A stretch of DNA of 64,000 bases from an uncultured Eubacteriales bacterium (GTDB lineage Bacteria; Bacillota; Clostridia; Oscillospirales; CAG-382): assembly GCA_900548115.1 (NCBI GenBank), contig URJL01000007.1:25-64024 (forward strand). The letters are read 5' to 3'. The stretch's first letter is position 1, and each line of letters starts with the position of its first letter. The position numbers were made by a program, and so were the translations under genes. Under the pieces are notes generated by a model. That model saw only the letters and a list, made by a program, of their open reading frames with translations, made no database searches and was not told where the DNA came from. Positions 35,037 through 45,858 of the stretch are shown here, piece by piece.

Positions 35037-35573
35037 ATGCAGACAAAAAACAATACGAAAAGAACCACTCTTTTATTATGCGTGACCGCTTTATTCATGG
35101 CGATGAACGTCGTGTTAAGCTCGAGCATCTTCAGCGTTCCCGTGCCCGGCGGACATCTTTACATGAACGATATCATAATCTGTGCGGCGGCGATTCTGCT
35201 GGATCCGATCTCCGCGTTTATGGTCGGCGGCGTGGGCGCTCTTCTCGGCGACTTCTTATTCTATCCGACGCCGATGTTCGTGTCGCTCGTGACTCATGGT
35301 CTCCAGGCGGTCGTTATCTCGGTCTTTTCTCATTATGTTCTGAAAAAGCGTCCCGTGCTCGCTTCGGGAATCGGCGTATTTCTCGGCGCGGTTATCATGG
35401 TGGTCGGGTATTCTCTCGGACGCGCCTTTTTGTACAGCACGCCCGAATATGCGCTTTTAAAGCTTCCGTATCAGATTTTGCAGGCGGCGGTCGGCGCGGT
35501 CGTCGGCATGCTTTTGTGCCACAAGTGCGGGCTGAAAAAGCTGTATGCGAAATATTTCGGTGAAAGATCGTAA
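35037..35573 (+). CDS. ECF-transporter S (substrate-capture) component
   Basis: Track ORF trimmed to ATG 35037 (MQTKNNTKRTTLLLCV), preceded by AAGGGAGA. It is 178 aa with ~6 TM helices. It is divergent from the MocR-type regulator. No ECF A/T genes are adjacent. Confidence 0.65.
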   Translation: MQTKNNTKRTTLLLCVTALFMAMNVVLSSSIFSVPVPGGHLYMNDIIICAAAILLDPISAFMVGGVGALLGDFLFYPTPMFVSLVTHGLQAVVISVFSHYVLKKRPVLASGIGVFLGAVIMVVGYSLGRAFLYSTPEYALLKLPYQILQAAVGAVVGMLLCHKCGLKKLYAKYFGERS

Positions 35574-35590
35574 CCGAAAAAAACAAAAAG

Positions 35591-35616
35591 GAGAGGCAAG
35601 GTTTTCCTTGCCTCTC
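35591..35616. terminator. Bidirectional terminator between the ECF-S gene and galE
   Basis: aaaaagGAGAGGCAAGGttttCCTTGCCTCTCtttttt. Confidence 0.8.
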
Positions 35617-35641
35617 TTTTTTATTCTTTTTCCAAGAACGG

Positions 35642-36655
35642 TTACGCGTCGTAGCCGTTCGGATTTTTCTTTTGCCAGTTCCAGGTGTCGCGGCACATAT
35701 CGTCGATGTTCTTTTCCGCTTTCCAGCCCAAAAGGCGGAATGCCTTGTCGGGGTTGGCGTAGCACTCGGCAATATCGCCGGGACGGCGGGCGGTGATGAC
35801 GTAGGGAATGGTAATGCCGTTGACGCGCTCGAAGGATTTAACAATATCGAGAACGCTGTAGCCGACGCCCGTACCGAGGTTGATGATCTCGGTGCCCTTG
35901 TGCTTTGCGGCAAAGTCGATCGCCGCAACATGACCGCGGGCAAGGTCGACAACATGGATGTAATCGCGCACGCCGGTGCCGTCATGCGTCGGATAATCGT
36001 TTCCGTAAACGCTCAGATGATCACGCTTTCCGATGGCGACCTGCGAGATATAGGGCATGAGATTGTTCGGGATTCCGTTGGGCGCCTCGCCGATAAGACC
36101 GCTTTCATGCGCTCCGATCGGATTGAAGTAACGCAGAAGAACGACCGAAAGCTCGGGGTTCGCCTTTGCCGTGTCGGTCAGGATCTGTTCGATCATATAT
36201 TTTGTCCAGCCGTAAGGATTGGTGCAGCCGGTGGGCATATCTTCGGTGATCGGCACACGCTCGGGCACGCCGTAGACTGTGGCGGACGAGCTGAATACAA
36301 AATTGTTCACCTTGTATTTCGCCATTACTTCAAGAAGCGTAAGGGTGGAATCCAGATTGTTGCGGTAATACATAAGCGGCTTCACGCACGATTCGCCGAC
36401 CGCCTTGTAGCCCGCGAAATGAATGACCGAGTCAAAATTTTCGACATGGAACATATCGTCGACCAGCGTCGCGTCGCACACGTCGATGTTATACACCTTA
36501 ACGGGCTTTCCCGCGATCTTTTCAATGCGTTCTACGACCGAAGGGCTTGCGTTGGAAAAGTCGTCGGCGATAATAACCTCGTGTCCGTTTTTCATAAGTT
36601 CGATGGCGGTATGAGAGCCGATATAGCCGGCGCCGCCGGTAAGCAGAATTTTCAT
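35642..36655 (-). CDS. galE: UDP-glucose 4-epimerase
   Basis: Trimmed to ATG 36655 (MKILLTGGAGYIGSH). It has the catalytic motif YGWTKYMIEQ (YxxxK) and strong GalE-like blocks throughout (LRYFNPIGAH, RDYIHVVDLA). Confidence 0.9.
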   Translation of the reverse strand: MKILLTGGAGYIGSHTAIELMKNGHEVIIADDFSNASPSVVERIEKIAGKPVKVYNIDVCDATLVDDMFHVENFDSVIHFAGYKAVGESCVKPLMYYRNNLDSTLTLLEVMAKYKVNNFVFSSSATVYGVPERVPITEDMPTGCTNPYGWTKYMIEQILTDTAKANPELSVVLLRYFNPIGAHESGLIGEAPNGIPNNLMPYISQVAIGKRDHLSVYGNDYPTHDGTGVRDYIHVVDLARGHVAAIDFAAKHKGTEIINLGTGVGYSVLDIVKSFERVNGITIPYVITARRPGDIAECYANPDKAFRLLGWKAEKNIDDMCRDTWNWQKKNPNGYDA

Positions 36656-36728
36656 AAAGTCAGCCACTCCTTCTTAAATTGAATGCAGAATTGAAAACAA
36701 TGAAAACAACTTCTTTTCTTCAAAAAAC

Positions 36729-36757
36729 AGTATAGCACGGGACAGAGAACTTGTCAA
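36729..36757 (-). promoter_or_regulatory. Sigma-A promoter of galE
   Basis: On the minus strand: TTGACA, a 17-nt spacer, then TATACT. Confidence 0.65.
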
Positions 36758-36810
36758 CCGTAAGAAAATGTACGATTTGTTATTTTTTTGTCAGAACTTG
36801 TCCTCTTTCG

Positions 36811-37143
36811 AAAAAAAACGGCGCGAACAAAGATCACACACCCGAAAATCGAAAAATCGCCGTGCGCGCAACCTTTGCTCTCCGCTCAACGCAAGCGCCC
36901 CTGCGGCACATCGGCAAGCATCCCTTAATGCTGCTTGGTTCCCCACCTGACATGGTTCGAGAGAGCCGATTGCGCAAGACTCGCGTCTCAACACGGAAAA
37001 ACAAAAAGCAAGACCGCACGAAAATTTCCCTCAGAACGGGAATTCACCCCTGCTGTAGCGGATTGCAGGTACAAGGCTCCGCTATGTCCCCGGTTAGTGT
37101 GACCTTTGTTCGCGCCGCTTTGAAAGCGCTCAAAAAAAGACCG
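36811..37143 (-). ncRNA. ffs: Signal recognition particle RNA (large, Bacillus/Clostridium type)
   Basis: The minus strand contains GUCAGGUGGGGAACCAAGCAGC. This is the domain IV motif (E. coli GUCAGGUCCGGAAGGAAGCAGC) with a compensatory CC/GG-to-GG/CC swap around the GGAA tetraloop. A 20-bp terminal helix is formed by GGCGCGAACAAAGGUCACAC...GUGUGAUCUUUGUUCGCGCC, followed by U8. It has its own consensus promoter. Track ORFs 36751..37155 and others here are spurious. Confidence 0.8.
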
Positions 37144-37148
37144 CATTT

Positions 37149-37177
37149 ATTATAACACAAAGCAAGAAAAAAATCAA
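37149..37177 (-). promoter_or_regulatory. Sigma-A promoter of the SRP RNA gene
   Basis: On the minus strand: TTGATT, a 17-nt spacer, then tgtTATAAT. Confidence 0.65.
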
Positions 37178-37236
37178 GGGAAAAAGCAAAATTCCCGACT
37201 TTTCCTCTCTTTCCCGCGGCTTTTGCAAAAAAAGAC

Positions 37237-37260
37237 GGGCGGCAAACCGCTCTGCCGCCC
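37237..37260 (-). terminator. Intrinsic terminator after the large SLH protein gene
   Basis: On the minus strand: GGGCGGC-N10-GCCGCCC followed by GTCTTTTTTTG. Confidence 0.7.
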
Positions 37261-37283
37261 GAAAAAATATATCTTTGTTGTTC

Positions 37284-40200
37284 TTACTCCTCGGTCACGA
37301 TCACGACCGCGTTTTTGTCGCCGAAAAGATCGGCAATGTCGCGGTGTGCCGAGTGGGTGCAGACGCGGTAGGTTCCCTTCAGCGAACCGAGCGTCTTTCC
37401 GAGGGTCTGGACGTAAATGTTCTTGTCGTCGACTTCGTTTGAGTTGGAGGGCACGTTCAGAAGATAGCCCGCGCAGCGGTCGAATATGTTGTATTCGGTA
37501 AGCTCGTCGTAGTTTTCCGAAAGGGTCGAGCCGCAGTAGAGTCGCGCGGAATGTTCGCGGAATCGGGTGATTGAGCCCCAGCCGTATCCGCCCATGCGAA
37601 GAACGTTATAGGCGTCGTACACGTCGCTTGTGATGCGGGTGTAGGTATCTGCGTTTCCGCCAAGCTGTGCGGCCGTCGGCGGCGCGTTGTAATATTCGAT
37701 TCCCCAGTGAACATATTCCATAAGATTGGAAAGATACCGAACACCCTTTTGGATACAGTTTCCCGTCTCCGACGAACGCTGATGCGTCACCGCCGTGTCG
37801 TATATCTGATACATCCAGCAGTTTTCAACGCGGTATCCGTCGCATCCGCCGTAAATTTCCACGGCGTTTCCGTAGTTGACGGCGGAGCCGCCCGAAGAGA
37901 GAGTGAGAACCGAGCCGCCGAGCCACGAAAAGACGCAGTTCCGGACGACGACATTCGTGCTTGTTCCCATACCGACGGCATGTGCGCCCGTAAACTTGAA
38001 GGCGAGGTTATCGACCGTCACGTTCTTTACTCCGTTGCGGAAAATGTTGATGCGCTCGCCGATCTCGATCGAGGAGAAGCGGCTTCCGGGATTTCCGCCC
38101 GTGCTGTAAACGTAAAGCGGTCCCGACGATGTTACGCCGCCGCTTATATCCGAATAGAACTGCAAATCGGTATTCATGTCCGAAAGCCCCGTAAAGCCCT
38201 GCGTATTCATGTTCAGAATATCGCCGTACAGCTCATGATACGAGTCCTCGGAATGGTCGAACAGGTCGTGGTCAAAGCCGATCACGCCGACGTTCTGCAA
38301 AAGGTCGGTGCATCTCCAGACGTTGGGATAATCGGTCGCGACCCAAAACGAAGGATCGGCATAATTCTTGCGCGACTGCATGAGAAGCGGCTTTTCGCCC
38401 GTTCCGTAAGCGGCGTAGGTCACGCCGTTGGTCATGGCGATACTGCCGCGATAGATCCCTCCGCGCTCAAAGAATACGCCGTCACCCGACTGAAGACTCA
38501 GCTTGGAAACGCGCGCAAGAGTCTTGATCGGACGCGCCTTGCTCTTGCCGTCGTTCGAATCGCTTCCGTTCTTTTCGGAAACATAATAGCTTGTTCCCGT
38601 GACCGTGATCGTATCGGTCGAGTTCAGTATATTCTTCTTCATCTGCTCGGACACGGTGTCGATTCCTTCGCGTATTGCGTCGGCGGAAAGAGCACGCGAC
38701 TGAACATACAGACTTTTTACCGCGTCCTCGGTTTTTCCGGAGGAGGGGAGAATATAAGAAGCGTTGTTCGCGTTTTTATCCCAAAATCCGCTTGAAAGAG
38801 CTTCGCTTGCAGCGGCAATTTGTTTATTTGCCCAATGTGAAACGGGAACGTCCGCAAAACGACTCGTTTGCTTTATCGGCTTGCGTTCGATATAACGGTT
38901 GACGATCGTCACCGCCTCGGCACGGGTGATTTCTCCGCCCGGACGGAGCGTTCCGTCTCCGTAGCCGTTGATTTTTCCCTCATTGTACGCTTTAAGCATT
39001 TCCTCATAATACGGGTTGTTTTCCGTAAGATCCGAAAAATCGGAAAGCTTGTACGAAGAGGTTGTCTGCGGATAAAGAAGCGTCGCCATATGGATAAATT
39101 CCGCACGGGTAAGGCTTAACGAAGGCTCGAGATTGGCGACCCAGTCCTCGGGCAGAATGCCGTAATGATCAAAGTAGTTTACCCCGTCATAGAACCAATC
39201 GGTTTTGGCAACGTCCAAAAAAGCATTGCTGTCGGCAATTTCTTCGTCGGTCTCGACGGTTTTGTACAGCATCATAATACCCTCGGCGCGGGTGATGAGC
39301 GAATCGGGGTTGAAAAAGCCTGCCCTATCGCCCGAAACATAGGCATTTTCGGTAATATTCGTGTCTCCGCCGCGCACAAATTGTACCACGGTGTCGCCCG
39401 TAGGAAAGGTATAAATGCCCTCGGGCTGTCTCTCTCCGTCGAGCAGAACGTAGTAGCCCTTATTCGGGATCACACGAAAAGAGCCGACCGTGTCGGTCGC
39501 TTCAACCCTTCCGTGGCTTCCCGAAAAAATGCGGTACACGCCCTTTTGCGCGTTGGGAAGCGATTCAAAAGACGTTGTTTTGTTGTTGCTCAGAATGACT
39601 GTCAGCGCACCGCCGATCGTATTGTTTACGATACGGCGCGTCAAAATCTTTCCGACCGTTCCGTCACCGCTAACCGTGATCGTCACGTTCCCGTCGATGC
39701 GCGCGTCGGTATGATTGGCGGAATAACTGTCAAAACCGATCGCAACCGAGGCCACATGACCGCCCGTTACATTCAGCGAGCAATTTCCCGTAATGCCTTG
39801 CGATTCGGAGGTGGCATAACCGCCGCCGACAAAAATCGTGCCGACCGAGCCGCCCTCTATCGTCGTGTCGGTTGAGGAAGCCGTTCCGCGAAGCGTTTCA
39901 CCGATTCCGTCGTGAAAACGGAGATCGTGCTGTCCTACGCTTGTCTTCTTGCCTACGACAAGCGGCTTTCCGCAGGTGTTGATGTGCAGGCTCGAACGGC
40001 AGGGGTAGAATTCGAGATATTCGAATTTTGTCGGACCCGAAAGTCCGAAGCCGTCATAGCGAAGCCTTGCGGGATAAACCGTTCCGTCGGCGGGGTCACG
40101 CCCCGTAAAGGTAAGAAGCTTGCCGTGCTTGCAGCTGCGCATAATGCTTCCGGTCAGCGCGTTGCTGCCATCGGGTGTAAGATCGTTCATAATAACGATC

Positions 40201-40439
40201 GTGCCGCCGTTATTCTGCTGAATGCTCGCGCAAAGCTCGCCGATCGCTTTGGAAAGCGTTTTAAACGGCGCTTTTTTTGTTCCGGCGGCGCTGTCCGATC
40301 CGTTCGCGGATACATACACCACACGATCCGATGTGTCGTACGACGCGGCGGACGCCGAGAAAAATACGGTCGGCATCACGGACAAAACCAACACGGAAAC
40401 AAGCAGAGAGGACAAAATTTTGCGAAAAGATCGCTTCAT
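37284..40439 (-). CDS. Large secreted surface protein: N-terminal beta-helix-like module, three central SLH domains, C-terminal right-handed beta-helix (pectate-lyase-fold-like) module
   Basis: Trimmed to ATG 40439 (MKRSFRKILSSLLVSVLVLSVMPTVFFSASA, a signal peptide). SLH-like segments are FLDVAKTDWFYDGVNYF, FSDLTENNPYYEEMLKAYNEGKINGYGDGTLRPGGEITRAEAVTIVNRY and FADVPVSHWANKQI. The C-terminal module has repeated NxxVxNC/G-rich beta-helix rungs. Confidence 0.7.
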   Translation of the reverse strand: MKRSFRKILSSLLVSVLVLSVMPTVFFSASAASYDTSDRVVYVSANGSDSAAGTKKAPFKTLSKAIGELCASIQQNNGGTIVIMNDLTPDGSNALTGSIMRSCKHGKLLTFTGRDPADGTVYPARLRYDGFGLSGPTKFEYLEFYPCRSSLHINTCGKPLVVGKKTSVGQHDLRFHDGIGETLRGTASSTDTTIEGGSVGTIFVGGGYATSESQGITGNCSLNVTGGHVASVAIGFDSYSANHTDARIDGNVTITVSGDGTVGKILTRRIVNNTIGGALTVILSNNKTTSFESLPNAQKGVYRIFSGSHGRVEATDTVGSFRVIPNKGYYVLLDGERQPEGIYTFPTGDTVVQFVRGGDTNITENAYVSGDRAGFFNPDSLITRAEGIMMLYKTVETDEEIADSNAFLDVAKTDWFYDGVNYFDHYGILPEDWVANLEPSLSLTRAEFIHMATLLYPQTTSSYKLSDFSDLTENNPYYEEMLKAYNEGKINGYGDGTLRPGGEITRAEAVTIVNRYIERKPIKQTSRFADVPVSHWANKQIAAASEALSSGFWDKNANNASYILPSSGKTEDAVKSLYVQSRALSADAIREGIDTVSEQMKKNILNSTDTITVTGTSYYVSEKNGSDSNDGKSKARPIKTLARVSKLSLQSGDGVFFERGGIYRGSIAMTNGVTYAAYGTGEKPLLMQSRKNYADPSFWVATDYPNVWRCTDLLQNVGVIGFDHDLFDHSEDSYHELYGDILNMNTQGFTGLSDMNTDLQFYSDISGGVTSSGPLYVYSTGGNPGSRFSSIEIGERINIFRNGVKNVTVDNLAFKFTGAHAVGMGTSTNVVVRNCVFSWLGGSVLTLSSGGSAVNYGNAVEIYGGCDGYRVENCWMYQIYDTAVTHQRSSETGNCIQKGVRYLSNLMEYVHWGIEYYNAPPTAAQLGGNADTYTRITSDVYDAYNVLRMGGYGWGSITRFREHSARLYCGSTLSENYDELTEYNIFDRCAGYLLNVPSNSNEVDDKNIYVQTLGKTLGSLKGTYRVCTHSAHRDIADLFGDKNAVVIVTEE

Positions 40440-40558
40440 AATCGGGTCTCCAATCCAAAACGGAAATTTCTCATTTTGTTGCATACAATACGATCAATTA
40501 TACGGATTTTTTGCGAAAAAAGCAAGTTTTTTGTGTAAATTTGCGTTCGATACAGCAA

Positions 40559-40590
40559 AAGAAGCTCCCGCCGTAAGGCGGGAGCTTCTT
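40559..40590 (-). terminator. Intrinsic terminator after groEL
   Basis: AAGAAGCTCCCGCCgtaaGGCGGGAGCTTCTT, followed on the minus strand by TTGCTG. Confidence 0.7.
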
Positions 40591-40610
40591 ATTCGATATT
40601 GACTTTCCGA

Positions 40611-42257
<1,647 letters not shown>

Positions 42258-42273
42258 TCAGGTTAAATTTTCG

Positions 42274-42606
<333 letters not shown>

Positions 42607-42633
42607 TTAGCACTCGCCAAATTCAAGTGCCAA
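42607..42633. promoter_or_regulatory. CIRCE (HrcA) operator
   Basis: TTAGCACTC-N9-AAGTGCCAA against the consensus TTAGCACTC-N9-GAGTGCTAA. The right half has two mismatches. It lies between the promoter and the groES RBS. Confidence 0.75.
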
Positions 42634-42645
42634 TTTCTGTAGTGT

Positions 42646-42674
42646 ATTGTACCCCCAATTTCTGTAAAAATCAA
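42646..42674 (-). promoter_or_regulatory. Sigma-A promoter of groES-groEL
   Basis: On the minus strand: TTGATT, a 17-nt spacer, then TACAAT, directly upstream of CIRCE. Confidence 0.6.
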
Positions 42675-42780
42675 GGGGAAAACGCGGATGTTTACATTTA
42701 ATTAACAATTACTCTTCTCACTCCCTTGAGAAGAGTGACAAAAACGGGTGTGCAGTGCCGAAATGTCCGTCGCACGCGGG

Positions 42781-43767
42781 TCAAAAATTGAATTCTTCCT
42801 TTCGGCTGCGCGAAAAAAGCCCTTCCATCGCGCTTTTTACATCGGCATTCTCGTACAAAACGCGGTATACCGCGTCGCAGATGGGCATTTCAACTTCGTA
42901 TTGGCGGCAGAGGCTGTGCAGCGCTTTCGCCGTAAAGTACCCCTCCGCAAGCTCTTTGTAGGGCTTTCCCGCCGCAAAGCATTCGCCGAAGGTTCGGTTG
43001 TGCGAATAAGGCGAAAAGACGGTCGCCTCAAAGTCGCCCAGCATGGAAAGTCCGAAAGCCGACGCGGGGTTGCCGCCCATTTTTCGGATCAACCGCGCCG
43101 TTTCGACGACGCTGCGCGACATGAGCGCGCCCTTCAGCGATGAGCAGTTCAGGCCGTCCAAAATACCCGCCGCGATCCCGATAACGTTTTTGGCGGCAGA
43201 ACCGACCTCGGTTCCGATAAGATCACTTCCGTAATAAAAGCGGATGATCCCGCCCGAAAAGGAATCGGCAAGATACTTCGTAAAATCCCGATCGGCGCTG
43301 TCGATCACCATGCAATTGGGATGACCCTTTACGAATTCCTGCACATGCCCGGGGCCCACCCACACAGCGACGCGGCAGGACGGCGGAAGAAATTCCGCCA
43401 TGACCTCGTGAAGCAGTTTTCCCGATTCGATCTCGATCCCCTTGATACAGAGAACAAAATCCTTGTTTTCGAGGGGATAGCGCGACGCCTCCCGCATAAA
43501 CGACCGCAGACTCTGCGCCCCGATCGAAAGAACGATCGTATCGCTTCGGCGGAGCGCTTCTTTAAGATCGCAAAGAAGCCCGATCGATTCGGGAAGGGTG
43601 ACAAGCCCGTTGGTGCGGTCTTTTAAAAAAGCGGCGTAATGCGGCGAGCTTTCGCGTCCGTACAGCGTCACGTCGTGTCCCACGCTGTCCAGATACCACG
43701 CGATACAGCTTCCCCAGCGGCCGCAGCCGACTACGGTTATTTTCAAAGCGTTTTCTCTCTTTTGCAA
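42781..43767 (-). CDS. gpsA: NAD(P)H-dependent glycerol-3-phosphate dehydrogenase
   Basis: TTG start with GGAGG 6 nt upstream. It has the Rossmann motif KITVVGCGRWGS, NVIGIAAGILDGL, and a C-terminal helical domain typical of GpsA. Confidence 0.85.
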   Translation of the reverse strand: MQKRENALKITVVGCGRWGSCIAWYLDSVGHDVTLYGRESSPHYAAFLKDRTNGLVTLPESIGLLCDLKEALRRSDTIVLSIGAQSLRSFMREASRYPLENKDFVLCIKGIEIESGKLLHEVMAEFLPPSCRVAVWVGPGHVQEFVKGHPNCMVIDSADRDFTKYLADSFSGGIIRFYYGSDLIGTEVGSAAKNVIGIAAGILDGLNCSSLKGALMSRSVVETARLIRKMGGNPASAFGLSMLGDFEATVFSPYSHNRTFGECFAAGKPYKELAEGYFTAKALHSLCRQYEVEMPICDAVYRVLYENADVKSAMEGLFSRSRKEEFNF

Positions 43768-43836
43768 AAAGGTCCTCCTATATATACCGATATACGCATA
43801 TCCGTTTCTTTCGTCGATTTTGCGCCGCGCTGATAC

Positions 43837-44379
43837 TTACACGATCGCGTATTCGTACGCGATTCGTTCGGGGTCGAACGGTTCGGGAACAAAAACGATC
43901 CCGACGGCGCGGAAGCCGCATTTTTCCAGCATGCGGCGCATGGGCTTGTTGGCGCGGTGGGTGTCGATGCGGACCGAACGGACGCCGATGCTTTTAAAAT
44001 GGGCGAAAATTTCGCGCATGAACGCCGAGCCGATTCCGCGGCTGTTCAATTCCTGCGACACGCAGAAACGGTGTACCGACCCCGAGGTCTCCTTTTTGTA
44101 CTGCCAAATGCCCGAAAACTCGCCGTTCCCGTCGGTCATTTTATCATAGGCGGGTTCTTTTCCCGTGTGCACCATGGCGGCGGCAATCGGAAGATCGTCG
44201 TCATCACAAAGAACATATGCGCGCGAAAGGGCAATATCCTCGGCAAAATCCCGCCTCGACGGATATTCTCCCTGCCATTGGGTGAGCTTTAGGACCTCGC
44301 CCATGTGTTTGCGCGCCGCGTTCAGCATTTTTTCGACCGCATTAAGGTCGCGTTCCTCCATTTTTCGAAAACGGTACAT
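43837..44379 (-). CDS. GNAT-family N-acetyltransferase
   Basis: 180 aa. The acetyl-CoA-binding block is HRFCVSQELNSRGIGSAFMREIF, followed by NKPMRRMLEKCGFR. Confidence 0.75.
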   Translation of the reverse strand: MYRFRKMEERDLNAVEKMLNAARKHMGEVLKLTQWQGEYPSRRDFAEDIALSRAYVLCDDDDLPIAAAMVHTGKEPAYDKMTDGNGEFSGIWQYKKETSGSVHRFCVSQELNSRGIGSAFMREIFAHFKSIGVRSVRIDTHRANKPMRRMLEKCGFRAVGIVFVPEPFDPERIAYEYAIV

Positions 44380-44412
44380 TGTATCTCCTTTTTTGTGTCT
44401 GTGGTTTTGTGT

Positions 44413-45252
44413 TCAAAGATCGGCAAGGCTTTTTGCCGTCTCGGCAAGAAGCGCAAAAGCCTTTTCGCGAAGCGGATCGGGAAGCGGCGGCACGTCCGCT
44501 TCGATCGAAAGCACGCCCGTAAAGCCGATGTCGGCAAGGGCGCTCTTAAAGCTCTTCCAGTTAAGAACGCCGAAATACGGCATCAAGTGGTCGTCGTAGC
44601 GTCCATTGTTGTCGTGAACGTGCAGCGCCGCAAGATGCTTGCCGCAGACGCGGATCATCTCGCCGCAGTCGTCGCCGATACAGCTGCAATGTCCCGTGTC
44701 GATACACATGAAAAAGTTCGGACGGGCAAGCTCCCCGATCAGCTTGCAAAGCGCCGGCACGCGGGCGAGACGGTGACGCGCGGTCGGCATGTTTTCAATA
44801 CAGATAAGAACGTCGTACTTCGCCGCAAAATCACACAGCTCCGAAAAGTATTCAACGTTGATCCTGTGCGCAAATTCCGCGTCGGGTTCGGGATCCCAGC
44901 CGTAGGGCATGATGGGATGCACCGCAAAGAGACGGCTTCCGAGCGCTTTTGTGCCGATAACGGCTCTTTTCATAAAGCGCATGGTCTCGCGCCGCTGTTC
45001 TTCGGTCTTGTCCTCGACGGGCCACGGGGCATGGACCTGATGGATCGAAATGCCCGCCGACCGTGCGGTTTCTTTTTCCTCCGAAAGACGGCGGATGAAT
45101 TCTTCTTCGGAAAGGGTATAAAGCTCGCCCGCCGTGTCGGTAAGCGCCGAATAGTCACAGGCAGTGTAGCCTTCGCGGCGCATTTTTTCATAATCGACCT
45201 TTTGCGTCCCGGGTACATAGTAAAGACAGGTGCGGTTTCCTATGGAGAGCAT
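44413..45252 (-). CDS. Sugar phosphate isomerase/epimerase (xylose-isomerase-like TIM barrel)
   Basis: 279 aa. The blocks LFAVHPIMPYG, ICIENM, MCIDTGHC and LHVHDNNGRYDDHLMP fit the metal-binding pattern of AP-endonuclease-2/TIM-barrel isomerases. Confidence 0.7.
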   Translation of the reverse strand: MLSIGNRTCLYYVPGTQKVDYEKMRREGYTACDYSALTDTAGELYTLSEEEFIRRLSEEKETARSAGISIHQVHAPWPVEDKTEEQRRETMRFMKRAVIGTKALGSRLFAVHPIMPYGWDPEPDAEFAHRINVEYFSELCDFAAKYDVLICIENMPTARHRLARVPALCKLIGELARPNFFMCIDTGHCSCIGDDCGEMIRVCGKHLAALHVHDNNGRYDDHLMPYFGVLNWKSFKSALADIGFTGVLSIEADVPPLPDPLREKAFALLAETAKSLADL

Positions 45253-45345
45253 ACGGTTTCTCCTTTAAAACTGAGTAAGACCTTGCGTCAATGCGTGCAA
45301 AGCGGTTGACAAAAACGCTTTTTCGGGTGTATAATACCGACATGT

Positions 45346-45753
45346 TCAAACCTGCTTGAAAAATTCAAGCTGTTCGCCCGAAGGACCGAGAACAAAGGCG
45401 ATGCGGATGGCGATCTTTTCGGGGTGCGAGTCAAGCTCGACGGTGTTCGGCTCTTTAAAGGGCACGGCGCCGACCGAAAGGGCGTGCGCATAGGCTTCGT
45501 CCACGTCGTCACAGCCCATGGCGAAGTGCATGTATTTTCCCTCGGCGGGAAAATCCGTGTCGTTTCCGCCGGCAAAAAGCTCGATCCGTCCGCCGTCGCC
45601 GAGGTCAAACATCTGAATGCGCTTTTCGCCTTCGCCCCAGCCGACGATCGGCTTCATGCCGAGCGCGGTATAAAAGGCGACCGACTTTTCGAAATCGTTT
45701 GCTTTGAGTGCGATATGATGAAATCCGAGTCCGCCTATTTTTTCGTTTGCCAT
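45346..45753 (-). CDS. VOC (glyoxalase/bleomycin-resistance/dioxygenase) family protein
   Basis: Trimmed to ATG 45753 (MANEKIGGLGFHHIALKANDFEKSVAFY), preceded by AAGAGGAA. It is 135 aa, with the HHIAL ... HFAM ... metal-ligand pattern. Confidence 0.7.
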   Translation of the reverse strand: MANEKIGGLGFHHIALKANDFEKSVAFYTALGMKPIVGWGEGEKRIQMFDLGDGGRIELFAGGNDTDFPAEGKYMHFAMGCDDVDEAYAHALSVGAVPFKEPNTVELDSHPEKIAIRIAFVLGPSGEQLEFFKQV

Positions 45754-45858
45754 TTTGCGTTTCCTCTTTTCCAAGGCAAAAAGCCTTTTTTCTCTTTTCA
45801 TTATATACAAATCCGCACGTTTTTTCAACTCTTTTGACGCTTTTTTTCGGAGGTCTTT

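Noticed and set aside
36751-37155. 134-aa ORF and three smaller ORFs between galE and the SLH protein gene
   Set aside because: The interval is better explained by an SRP RNA gene on the minus strand, which has a promoter, the domain IV motif, a terminal helix and a U-tract. The ORFs have no SD.
42607-42633. Degenerate right half-site of CIRCE, considered as a sign of a non-HrcA operator
   Set aside because: Its position between the promoter and groES, the exact 9-nt spacer and a perfect left half-site make ordinary HrcA control the simplest reading. The two mismatches are within known variation.
42711-42736. Perfect 10-bp inverted repeat ACTCTTCTCA-N6-TGAGAAGAGT between gpsA and the groES promoter, considered as the gpsA terminator
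   Set aside because: It is not followed by a U-run on the minus strand (AATTGTTAATT follows instead). It may be a weak terminator or a protein site, but I cannot support either call.
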